A stretch of DNA of 64,000 nt from the sequence record PV472050.1; one strand, written 5' to 3'. A program made the position numbers and the translations under genes. The notes beneath the pieces were generated by a model. The model searched no databases. It was not told the DNA's origin and saw only the letters and a program-made list of their open reading frames with translations. Positions 42,178 to 51,290 of this stretch are shown here, one piece after another (positions within the stretch are counted from its first letter, which is position 1; every line of letters begins with the position of its first letter).

Positions 42178-45000
42178 TTAAAAGAGTGAAAGAACACTCC
42201 GGGAGGTATACAGAGAATGGGTTTCAGGTTCATCCCCCATATCAAACATTTCTTGGCCGGTGATATTACCCAACAACTCATGACCCTGTTCTTTACTCAT
42301 GAGAATGTCCACTTGTTCCTTAGACCATTCCATGATGTTAATACTGCGGGTCATAATGTTGAGTTTATCCCCGGTGTCCATATCCAAGAGTTTAAAGTAA
42401 CAGGGAGCATCCTGACCGGTACGCCAGGTACGGGCTTGGACCTGTTTCACTTCATACTCTCGGAAAGGGGCATTCAACAGAATGGTCAGGTTCGCCATAA
42501 TCAAGGGATACCCTTCCTTCAGGGAATCAAAGATCGCAATCAACGCACGGAGAGTGGGGTCTTTCTCAAAGCGTTTGATATTGGTGTCTCGTTCGTTGCT
42601 GTTTTCACCGTATACTGTCACATTCGGATACCCGGCCTTCGTGAGGTATTCCTCGCAGAGTTTAAGGGCATCCACGTAGGAGGTAAAGATCAGAGTCTTC
42701 TTCTCCACGTTATCGATGAGCTCAGGGAGTCCTGCGTGCGCAATGGTGTCCTTAATAGCGTTAATACGGGCTCGTCCTAAAACGTTCCCTAAGGCCTCTC
42801 CACGCAGTTTTAGACCCAAGTACTTAACCGCAGACTTAATGTTCCTGAAATCCTTCAGGGCGGTCCCTTTAAGGCCCTTCTCGATGTCTTCTTCCACCCG
42901 CTTACAGAACTGACTGTCTTGGTTATCCGTAAAACTGTTATACCCCCGGGTTCTGAACCGGTGAACAATCTGTTTGTACTTCACCAGATTCTCAACCGCT
43001 TTAGCATTCCCCTGGATGGACAGTTCATACGACGTCAGAACATCGTTGTAGAATTCCAAGAAGCTCGGCATATGTTTCGTATAGAACGCAATCCGTTCTC
43101 CAATGTAGATCTGCATTTGGAGGCGAATAGCATCCAAGGTGTATTGATCCGAATTCGGGATCTTCACCTTAACCAGTTCCATAGGAGGAGGATCGCCCAA
43201 TCCCACCAGTTCAGGGATCGTAAACTTCATACGTCCAATACGTCGGCTCAGCAAATCCATTAACGAGGGACGGTTACGTCCATAGGACGCCATAAAGAAC
43301 TCCCGAGCCTTCTTATCGAAGTAGGGATCGATCATACAGGTCGTTGGGAAGATCTCACTCCCCTGAGCCTTTAGCGGCGTCCCTGACATCGGAAGGTGAT
43401 GCCCGAACAGTTCCATGTCGCACCATTCGATCAACTTCCGTGTACGGGCTGCTTTAGGGTCATTGAAGTTCTGGGATTCATCCAGAATCATCTTCAAAGC
43501 GCCTTTATGCTTCTTACTCAGCGCAATGAGGAAGTTCTCCAAGTATTTCCCCATACCACTGGTCATGTAATCGTAATGGACGATGTAGAAGTCATACCCT
43601 TCTTCTAAGACCTTACCGCTGATACTGGTCCAGATACGGGGTGGAACCTTAAAGTGCTGGAGGGGTTGTTCTACCCAGACTTTATCCACAATGTTCATAG
43701 GGCAAAAGACAACCGTCGGAGCCGTATTGATCAATTGAGACCACGCCAAGGACGTAAAGGTATTGTGGGTCACGATGTAGTCATCCACCACATACAGCTT
43801 CTCGTCATTATCCAAGGCAATGCAGCAAGTCTCTTGATTCTCCACTTTCTCCCAGTGCGTCAGCTTCAGTTGCAGGTCTTCATACTGGGAGAAGTCATAC
43901 ATTCCCTGAACACAGGGGTTGTCTCCAATTAACCCAGTCATCATCTTGCCGACGTCTCGGTGCTTAAAGTCAACCTTATACAAACCGTTAACCAACACTG
44001 GCTCCGTAGCTGTTCCTCCAATGGACCACATCAACCGACGGAAGTTCTCCATCCCAATCCGGTTCTCGTGATACGCGGATAAGACGGATTCACTGATTAA
44101 ACACCCCACGTGTTCAATCACCGATGTGACTATATTAAAGCGATCCCGATACGGGAGCTCCAATACGTTGCCCCCTATTACAACGTCGGTATTGACCAGC
44201 TCCCTTGCAGCGACTTCAGAAGACGTATCGCAATGGGGGTTGCATCCATTGATCTCACCCACTAAGGGGAAGTACACATCCTCTTTACGGGCTTTATGGA
44301 GTACTTCCAACGTGGTTAAGATTTCGTCGACCCCATTCACCGTGGTTTTCCACAAATGATACGGATGAGAGTCAGCCGTTCTACCGTCTTCGAAATAGAA
44401 GCGATAAACTTCCGTGATCCCCTGGGGGTAAATACTCTCCACACACGCGGTATCGCCTCCAGGGGTCACTACGATATCCTTGACCTTTAGGTCACCCAAG
44501 GCTTTCCATCCATTTGGGACTTTAACCCGAGTTGAGAGAGGCATGGCTTTCCCTGAACCTGGTTTAGCATCCAGCAGCATCCCTTTCAAGTGATAACTGT
44601 TCACAATGATCGGGTATTGCTGAAGGAAGTCCAACTGCTGAGGAAAGGGAACCGTATTGAACTGATTCAGTTTCTTAAGATCAAAAGGTTTACCTCCCGG
44701 ATTAACCGTATCTTTAATCCAGGTCTCGGTTTCAATGAGTTCCTTCAATTCACTCAACGCTCGTCTGCGGGTACGGAGGTTCCGTATTTTGAGGAGTTCC
44801 CCCACAATGTGGTGCAATTCTACCAGGAAGAAGTTATGCACCTTAATGGTGTCCCAGGATTCGCGTCGAATCTGATGTTTCGTTAAGAGAGAAGTGCTGT
44901 AGAACTTCTCAATGTCTTTGGCTAAATCGTAATAGGACACACCCGTAATGTGTACGTAGTCTCCCGTTTGTTTGATCTTAACTGAAAACAGTCCTAACAT
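42178..45000 (-). CDS. SF2 (SNF2/DEAD-like) helicase containing an intein
   Basis: Walker A PGSGK^T split by an intein, DESQ, MSGTP, motif V/VI EGYPL...QVQARTWRTGQ. Confidence 0.9.
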   Translation of the reverse strand: MLGLFSVKIKQTGDYVHITGVSYYDLAKDIEKFYSTSLLTKHQIRRESWDTIKVHNFFLVELHHIVGELLKIRNLRTRRRALSELKELIETETWIKDTVNPGGKPFDLKKLNQFNTVPFPQQLDFLQQYPIIVNSYHLKGMLLDAKPGSGKAMPLSTRVKVPNGWKALGDLKVKDIVVTPGGDTACVESIYPQGITEVYRFYFEDGRTADSHPYHLWKTTVNGVDEILTTLEVLHKARKEDVYFPLVGEINGCNPHCDTSSEVAARELVNTDVVIGGNVLELPYRDRFNIVTSVIEHVGCLISESVLSAYHENRIGMENFRRLMWSIGGTATEPVLVNGLYKVDFKHRDVGKMMTGLIGDNPCVQGMYDFSQYEDLQLKLTHWEKVENQETCCIALDNDEKLYVVDDYIVTHNTFTSLAWSQLINTAPTVVFCPMNIVDKVWVEQPLQHFKVPPRIWTSISGKVLEEGYDFYIVHYDYMTSGMGKYLENFLIALSKKHKGALKMILDESQNFNDPKAARTRKLIEWCDMELFGHHLPMSGTPLKAQGSEIFPTTCMIDPYFDKKAREFFMASYGRNRPSLMDLLSRRIGRMKFTIPELVGLGDPPPMELVKVKIPNSDQYTLDAIRLQMQIYIGERIAFYTKHMPSFLEFYNDVLTSYELSIQGNAKAVENLVKYKQIVHRFRTRGYNSFTDNQDSQFCKRVEEDIEKGLKGTALKDFRNIKSAVKYLGLKLRGEALGNVLGRARINAIKDTIAHAGLPELIDNVEKKTLIFTSYVDALKLCEEYLTKAGYPNVTVYGENSNERDTNIKRFEKDPTLRALIAIFDSLKEGYPLIMANLTILLNAPFREYEVKQVQARTWRTGQDAPCYFKLLDMDTGDKLNIMTRSINIMEWSKEQVDILMSKEQGHELLGNITGQEMFDMGDEPETHSLYTSRSVLSLF
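43762..44547 (-). mobile_element. Class 3-type intein (262 aa) with a degenerate endonuclease region
   Basis: Starts with Ala (AMPLSTRV) and ends IVTHN followed by Thr. WCT triad: HLW in block B, TCC in block F, THN in block G. Confidence 0.9.
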
Positions 45001-45029
45001 TGAAGTCGTCCTTAAAGAAGGGGTTTAAA

Positions 45030-46196
45030 ATGCGTCAAGTAGAAGTAGGATCCGTAGTCTATAACAACCTGGCTCGTCTATACGACCACCTGTGGGGTGG
45101 AGAATTGGTTGAGGTAGGCCAACGGGTAGAAGGGGAAACGGAATATCGAGATGTGCTGACCCTCGGAGATGTCGAGATCCATCACTTTTTTACCCTCAAT
45201 AAGGAAGGTAAAGAAGAAGCCTACGTGCGGTATACCCGTGACAACGGTACCCTCACGTTCCGACTGAACGAGAAGTGGACCCAATACCTCTTCAATGACG
45301 AAATCTTCACCATTCCAGAAGAGATCGTAGAGGGTATGGGGAGGGTCTCTATAGAGTTCCCCAGCAGTTGGTTACAGGTCGCGGCTAAACACCCCGCGGA
45401 TGATGTGCTTCAAGATGACCTGAAAACCACGGATAAACTGGTGATTAAACTCTCCAATAAACTCCGTCATGCAGTGGATGTTATCACCAAGAAAAGCAAC
45501 CATTTGGTTGAATGGGTAGGTAAACGTGACCACGACCTCTACCTCACGTTCAAAACCAAGAAAGACGACCTTTCTTACTTTACGGTTCGGTTTGATAAAG
45601 TCTACCCTGAAGTCCCTAAAGAAGGGATTACCCTCGGGGAAGGGGAAACGTTGGAGATCGATAACCCCGATGACCGTCAGGACATTAAGGACCTTATTAA
45701 GTCTATCGGTGAACTGGAACATCAAGTGAACCGCCAGATTCAATATTACCGCAAGCATGCGGACCTGACCGACGCGGGTAAAGCACTCTTCGAGCAGGAA
45801 GTCCGTACCCTTCTATTTGCTGCCAGTCACTTCAGTAAACGCATTTATCCTTTCAACAGTGTGCATGGTAAGGAATGGTTGGATAAGGCGGCTAACGAGA
45901 TCCTGGAGCGCTTGTACGCCTATAAAGCCACCACAGACGTTCCCTTCGGGTTGGATGTGAACAGTTGGTTCGTGTGGAGTTATCCACTGGATGGAAGTGA
46001 GCCGGTTAAGATCACGGATGAATCGGTTGACTTCATTGAACGCGTACTTAATCGGTACACGGAGAGTTTTGTTGATATCCTGACGGGTTTCCTTATGGAT
46101 TTGAACCACACGGAAGTCATTCGCCCGTATCACTACGTGGTGCCTGCTGACCTCAGTGACGGATACTCGATCGGCTCGATTCGTCGGGTAAAATAA
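45030..46196 (+). CDS. Hypothetical protein
   Basis: ATG 45030 after gaagggg; 388 aa. Confidence 0.75.
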   Translation: MRQVEVGSVVYNNLARLYDHLWGGELVEVGQRVEGETEYRDVLTLGDVEIHHFFTLNKEGKEEAYVRYTRDNGTLTFRLNEKWTQYLFNDEIFTIPEEIVEGMGRVSIEFPSSWLQVAAKHPADDVLQDDLKTTDKLVIKLSNKLRHAVDVITKKSNHLVEWVGKRDHDLYLTFKTKKDDLSYFTVRFDKVYPEVPKEGITLGEGETLEIDNPDDRQDIKDLIKSIGELEHQVNRQIQYYRKHADLTDAGKALFEQEVRTLLFAASHFSKRIYPFNSVHGKEWLDKAANEILERLYAYKATTDVPFGLDVNSWFVWSYPLDGSEPVKITDESVDFIERVLNRYTESFVDILTGFLMDLNHTEVIRPYHYVVPADLSDGYSIGSIRRVK

Positions 46197-46208
46197 CGAA
46201 AACGACTA

Positions 46209-46242
46209 TACTCCAGGAGAGCCGTTGGGCTCTCCTGGAGTA
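46209..46242. terminator. Bidirectional hairpin
   Basis: tactccaggagagcc-gttg-ggctctcctggagta. Confidence 0.75.
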
Positions 46243-46249
46243 GTCGGTA

Positions 46250-46882
46250 TTACGGTACACCCAATCGGGACTCTAGATCCTTAATGTATTCATCCCTGGC
46301 CACTAAGGCCGCTTCCAGATCTCGAATACGAGACAAATCATTACTGTCATCCGTAATCGTGTTCTTGCGGGTGGTTTCAAACACATCATGCTCATTCTTC
46401 GAGACATACCCAATGACCGGTACAGTTCCCAAAGTGGATTTCCCTTCCACTCCGAAATGGGCTTTGATGTAGGTATCGAAATGTTGCATCGCCAAGACAA
46501 GGTTATCCTTCATCTCAGGGGGTAACGCACCACAGTCGGTGACAATACACATGCGTTCGTACGAATACCCATCTACCAACGGGAAACTCTTCAGGTAGGT
46601 GGTCAGTACATAGACCGGAGGACCACTCCGCGGTATTAACGACACCACCACGGCGTTTTCACTGATCGCCTTTTCCAGTACCGCAGGGTAATCTGCTTCG
46701 CTGAGTCCAATGGGTTTAAAGACCCGCTCGTAGATCTTAATCTTCAATCCCTGCATTTCAGGGATCGTTCGGGTGGCCTCTACGGTGTAGAACGTATTGG
46801 GATTCACCACAGTTGAGAAGGGCGCAATAGCTTCAAACCGTCCGGCTGCACCAATGGCTGGGATGATGTTTTGCTCAGCCAT
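46250..46882 (-). CDS. Hypothetical protein, probably virion structural
   Basis: 210 aa, RBS aaggagga, coupled to 46886-48232. Confidence 0.7.
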   Translation of the reverse strand: MAEQNIIPAIGAAGRFEAIAPFSTVVNPNTFYTVEATRTIPEMQGLKIKIYERVFKPIGLSEADYPAVLEKAISENAVVVSLIPRSGPPVYVLTTYLKSFPLVDGYSYERMCIVTDCGALPPEMKDNLVLAMQHFDTYIKAHFGVEGKSTLGTVPVIGYVSKNEHDVFETTRKNTITDDSNDLSRIRDLEAALVARDEYIKDLESRLGVP

Positions 46883-46885
46883 TCA

Positions 46886-48232
46886 TTAATCCTCCTTTAC
46901 AATCCCGTCTTGAATCATTTGCCAGCGCGTGAACATCACGTATTTCACTTTACCAATACGCTTGGCCACACAGACCTTATCCAAGCGAGTCAGACGGGTG
47001 ACCCCGGGAGGCAGCAAAGAGAACGGCGTAACCACTTCAGCGGCTGCTACCAGGTCCTCCATTCCACGGATAAACGCCATAGTAGCCTCACCCATGGATC
47101 CAAAATCAGGATCCAGGGAGGGGATCAATTGGTACTGGGGAACAATTGAACGAATCTTCTGCATCCCTTGACGATTGTTCTTTTTAGCCACAAACCCAAT
47201 CTGAATCGATTTATACAGCATGGGTAGGGTTTGGAAGGATTTTATGATGAAGTCTTCTGGTATTGTTGGGACCAAGTACTGCTTGGCAATATCGATTTCA
47301 GTCTCACGATCGACAATGGGGGAGAACGAGCTAGCACCGGTGGTGCGGTCTACAATCCCAATCATGTCGAAACGGGGGATGGCATAGAACTCCAGCGGGT
47401 TGAAGAGATCGGGGATCTTTTCTTCCCAATCTTCACGGGGATACTTCGAATCTTTCAAGATCTCATCTTGAATCTGTTCGTAGAGCTGATCTTCCGCCTC
47501 GGTACCATTACCCCAGGACAGGATAGACCAGTACCCCATGTTGAACTTGCCGGTGTTAATCAGGTCAAGTATCTGGAATTCTTCGACGTTGCGCTCTGTA
47601 TAGGGCCAGCCTGCATTCCGAGTCGCTTCATGTTCACGTTGCGCGATGACCGTCGGGGTTTCCCGTGCGAACCGTTCAGCAATCTGCTGATAGTTCATGG
47701 TCATCAGGTTGTCCATCTCGTTTAACGGGATGGGGTGGATAATCGTAAACTGAACACGGGGATACTGGATCAGGAAGTACGCGTCAGCCATCCACAAGTA
47801 GAACGGCTGCTTATCACCACCCACGACATGATAGCCACGAACAAAGCTCGGTAGCCAGATGGTATTATTGGTGACCATTTCACCAACGTCTTCAATCACA
47901 ACACTGGTGGTGAATTGGGCTTTGAGTAGCGCAAGGGTGTTAGGACGACTGTCAGTGACTTTCCCACTAAGAGCTTGTTCATACAACCAGTTGGACACAC
48001 CGATTTGAGCTTCAGCAATCGCTTGCGGCATAACAATCTCTGTTCCATCGGTTTCGGAATAGAAATTGACCAATACGGTTGCACTGGGACTGTTCGCAGC
48101 CAGGGTAAACTTACCCGGGTCTTTGGCGTAACTGTTGGACTTGTTCGACAGCTCGCCAATAGGGGAGGTTGTGAGTAGACTGTTGTCGTGAAGCTTTGCT
48201 ATACTTGCGAAAGAAAGGAACGTGGTACTCAT
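46886..48232 (-). CDS. Hypothetical protein, probably virion structural
   Basis: 448-aa minus-strand ORF in the jumbo-phage core region. Confidence 0.7.
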   Translation of the reverse strand: MSTTFLSFASIAKLHDNSLLTTSPIGELSNKSNSYAKDPGKFTLAANSPSATVLVNFYSETDGTEIVMPQAIAEAQIGVSNWLYEQALSGKVTDSRPNTLALLKAQFTTSVVIEDVGEMVTNNTIWLPSFVRGYHVVGGDKQPFYLWMADAYFLIQYPRVQFTIIHPIPLNEMDNLMTMNYQQIAERFARETPTVIAQREHEATRNAGWPYTERNVEEFQILDLINTGKFNMGYWSILSWGNGTEAEDQLYEQIQDEILKDSKYPREDWEEKIPDLFNPLEFYAIPRFDMIGIVDRTTGASSFSPIVDRETEIDIAKQYLVPTIPEDFIIKSFQTLPMLYKSIQIGFVAKKNNRQGMQKIRSIVPQYQLIPSLDPDFGSMGEATMAFIRGMEDLVAAAEVVTPFSLLPPGVTRLTRLDKVCVAKRIGKVKYVMFTRWQMIQDGIVKED

Positions 48233-48265
48233 GATTGGCTCACCGTTGATGTAAGGAATACGCCC

Positions 48266-48721
48266 ATGGTTTTAGGTATTGCAAAGGAGATGGCGGATAG
48301 ATTCATAGAATTCGTTCTTAAATTCTTCAAAGGGGAGTCTGCTGAAGACCAACTGAGCAAAGCCCTTAAAGTTTCAGTACTTACTATTGCCCTGCTACTG
48401 TTTGGTTTGTTTGCGTTGTTGAGTAACAACCTCAACCTGCGCATGGATCTGGCAGATGCTGAAATTGGTCTGGCTAAGATTAATATGCTCTTCGACCCTA
48501 CCGCGGGGGAAGGGGGACCTTTAAAAGAGTTCGTTCGTATCAATGATGCGTTGAGTCGACAACTAGACAGTGTCAAGAATCAAAATATCATCTTGTCGAA
48601 ACGAACCATTACTGCGACGGCTGAAAACAAGGTACTTAAGGAACACCTACTTAAGGTCCTTGAAGAGAACAAGATTCTACAAAATAATAACCAAATGCTG
48701 TTAAGAAAATGCACACAATAG
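48266..48721 (+). CDS. Single-pass membrane protein with a coiled-coil C-terminus
   Basis: ATG 48266 after aagga; TM segment VSVLTIALLLFGLFALL, then a heptad-rich tail ending in RKCTQ. Confidence 0.7.
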   Translation: MVLGIAKEMADRFIEFVLKFFKGESAEDQLSKALKVSVLTIALLLFGLFALLSNNLNLRMDLADAEIGLAKINMLFDPTAGEGGPLKEFVRINDALSRQLDSVKNQNIILSKRTITATAENKVLKEHLLKVLEENKILQNNNQMLLRKCTQ

Positions 48722-48787
48722 GGGACGGTTAAATTCCACAAGGATGTGTATCCCATGTACACGCACCTATTAGAATGAGTTAACGTA

Positions 48788-50299
48788 ATGGAAGCCATCA
48801 CACCGTCTGTCAACTGGGTTATGTACCTCCTGGTAGGGCATAACAGCAAGTTAAAGAAAAACAGCTACTTCCTGGGTGGTCATGGGTATTCTTACGATAT
48901 CCAACAAGAAGGTAAGCGTAAGCTGGCCAAGGATGTCCCGACATCAGCGGGGTATTATACCGGTAATCCTCAGAAGACCAATACGGCTGTAACGATTCGG
49001 GATATTGTGTCCTTGACCGTAGTGAATGCGGAGAGTGAGCTGGAAGCCCTCTTGAAGGGATATTGGGAAATCCTGAATGCCCTTACCACCGATCCCATCC
49101 TGAAGAACCTGTGTATCATTACCGAACACAAAGTCTTGGAAGCCTTGAGTAAGGTGGATAAGAAGAACGTCGAAGACACTGAAGAGTTCAAACTCGGAAG
49201 ACTGGTTTTAAGCGCAACGGAGCGAGCGGTGTTGTTAGACATCCTCACCTGCTTGGAAATAGCCAGTCAAACAGACCGTCGGGTAGTCTTCGATTTCCCA
49301 GGTGTTGCAGAAGGGGGTCAAGGGAATAAGGAAGCCGCCAAACAAAGGGACCTTGCTGAAACAATCAGTCTGTTTGGGTTTAAGAAGGAAACTAACCTGG
49401 AAGTGGTTTCCCGTAAGGAGTATGAAAACCCAGAGGTGGAATTCAACAAGATCGTCAGTGCCTCTCGGTGGTATTTCAATACCTTGGATCCTGAAGCGTT
49501 CTATAAAGAACAACACGGGTATCGGGTGTACGGGTTTGGTAAGGTCGAACGGGATAAAACGTACTACGGTAAGCTCACCCCGGATGTGACCTATTCCAAG
49601 CTCTACACCAAACAACCCCTTCGTTTACTGGATAAGTTGTTTGACTTTACGGTACAACGGATTGCCAATCCCGAGGGGTATTTGTCAGCAGGGGATCTGA
49701 ACCACATTGTCACCAAGGACGTGGCGCGGTTAGTGGATCGTTTCCCAGGGGTTCCTAAGGAAAAGGAACTGATCTCCCCTTTCACCAAACAGAATACGAA
49801 ACCGGTTCTGATTGAACTGATATCCCCGGTCTTGATGTCGTATCGGATCAGGGATTTCTTAATTGGGATGGATATTCTGTTTGAAGGGTTTATGAACAAG
49901 GATACCGAGAACCGGTATGGGTATCTGACGTTCTACATTATCACGGATTTGATTTACCAGAAGGAAGTCAATGGAAAAGGGGTGGAGAAACTTAAGCTGG
50001 ATCCAGCCTTTACCCAGACTCGGGAAACGATCAGTTTAAAGGTCACTCATCCCAGTGCAATTAAGCCGGTAACCATCAAGCTGTCCATTGGGTACGACAC
50101 CCCGGATCGAAACGCTTTTAATTCGATTACGGACCCTAAAGTTAAGGTCTGGTGTGTGACAGACACCCGGAACAAGGAAGGTTTGCGGTACGCGACGATT
50201 GTGGAGACGGATGAGTTTATCTATATCCATACGTCGGCGATTGCTAACCTTCGGGTGTTAACCTTGGCGGAGTTAGGACGAAGTACTGATAAAGAGTGA
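48788..50299 (+). CDS. RNase H-fold protein (phiKZ gp155-like), apparently catalytically degenerate
   Basis: NAESELEALLKG (N..EL.A) and GQGNKEAAKQRDLA (GN..AD.LA) are recognisable, but the first and last Asp positions are not conserved. Confidence 0.55.
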   Translation: MEAITPSVNWVMYLLVGHNSKLKKNSYFLGGHGYSYDIQQEGKRKLAKDVPTSAGYYTGNPQKTNTAVTIRDIVSLTVVNAESELEALLKGYWEILNALTTDPILKNLCIITEHKVLEALSKVDKKNVEDTEEFKLGRLVLSATERAVLLDILTCLEIASQTDRRVVFDFPGVAEGGQGNKEAAKQRDLAETISLFGFKKETNLEVVSRKEYENPEVEFNKIVSASRWYFNTLDPEAFYKEQHGYRVYGFGKVERDKTYYGKLTPDVTYSKLYTKQPLRLLDKLFDFTVQRIANPEGYLSAGDLNHIVTKDVARLVDRFPGVPKEKELISPFTKQNTKPVLIELISPVLMSYRIRDFLIGMDILFEGFMNKDTENRYGYLTFYIITDLIYQKEVNGKGVEKLKLDPAFTQTRETISLKVTHPSAIKPVTIKLSIGYDTPDRNAFNSITDPKVKVWCVTDTRNKEGLRYATIVETDEFIYIHTSAIANLRVLTLAELGRSTDKE

Positions 50300-50303
50300 A
50301 CAT

Positions 50304-50341
50304 TATACCTACTGGGAGGTTCACACCTCCCAGTAGGTATA
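50304..50341. terminator. Bidirectional hairpin
   Basis: tatacctactgggaggt-tcac-acctcccagtaggtata (17-bp stem). Confidence 0.75.
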
Positions 50342-50350
50342 CGTATGCTG

Positions 50351-51193
50351 CTATTTTGCTTTGGTTACAATCGTCTCGGTCTGATCACGGAAGACGGCCG
50401 CCAGTTCGTTCAGGAGGGTCATCATCGCCCCGCAGATGTCTGTAAACTCCACAAAACGATTAACCACCAATTCCACTTCAGTCAGATTCTTCTCATCCAC
50501 GACGAGGTCATTGGTTTTGATCTTCTCCACCAGGAGTTGTCCCAGTTCATAAACCCGACTCAATTCCCGACTGGCCATTTCAACATCCCGGGCACCCAGT
50601 AGCTTGGCTGACACGTTGTAGGTTTCCAGTACACTGTACAGTTCTTCGAAATTGACGTAAACTTCACCCAGGGTACAGGTCTTGCGGTGGGGGTTGGATG
50701 GGAGACCTTTAAGGAACTGTTCGGAACGGTCCAGTACCGCGTCGAAGTTGGTAATGGTCCAACGGAAACGGGTTTCGGGACGACCAGTCTTAATCAGTTG
50801 CTTAAGCCAATCGTATAGTCGAATTGCTTCAGTTTTCATACTACTGACCAGATAGACCCCATCCGTGGCTACGAATTGAGTATAGGCCATCATATTACCG
50901 AGTCCAGGCGTGTAGGTCTCCGGGACAATGACTGGCAACCCGGCGTTCTTAACAAAGAGAATCTCTTTCCGCTGGATCGTTTTACGGAACTTTTCAACGT
51001 CCAGAGTGATAACCGACTTTTCGAAGGCGGCCAGGCGGCGGTCTATAGAGGCACCGAACTCAGAGAAGAAAAGACCCACACTTTCCCCTACACTGAGTTT
51101 TTCAGCCCCCAGGACTGAGAGAAGCTGGGGATTCTTGATCCGTTCGATGAAGTCTTTTGATGTGAAGGAATGTTCCATAACTGAAAATCTCAT
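50351..51193 (-). CDS. Hypothetical protein
   Basis: 280-aa helical ORF. Confidence 0.7.
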   Translation of the reverse strand: MRFSVMEHSFTSKDFIERIKNPQLLSVLGAEKLSVGESVGLFFSEFGASIDRRLAAFEKSVITLDVEKFRKTIQRKEILFVKNAGLPVIVPETYTPGLGNMMAYTQFVATDGVYLVSSMKTEAIRLYDWLKQLIKTGRPETRFRWTITNFDAVLDRSEQFLKGLPSNPHRKTCTLGEVYVNFEELYSVLETYNVSAKLLGARDVEMASRELSRVYELGQLLVEKIKTNDLVVDEKNLTEVELVVNRFVEFTDICGAMMTLLNELAAVFRDQTETIVTKAK

Positions 51194-51290
51194 GAGTATA
51201 GTTTGGGGAATGGGTTTTTACGCAGACCCATCTAAAACAGGGCGTTGCCCTTTCAGCTAAAGTTCATAAAATACGAGGAATAAGAGGAAC

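Noticed and set aside
48500-48790. Embedded o-spanin (Rz1-like) ORF
   Set aside because: I found no alternative-frame ORF with a signal peptide and lipobox Cys.
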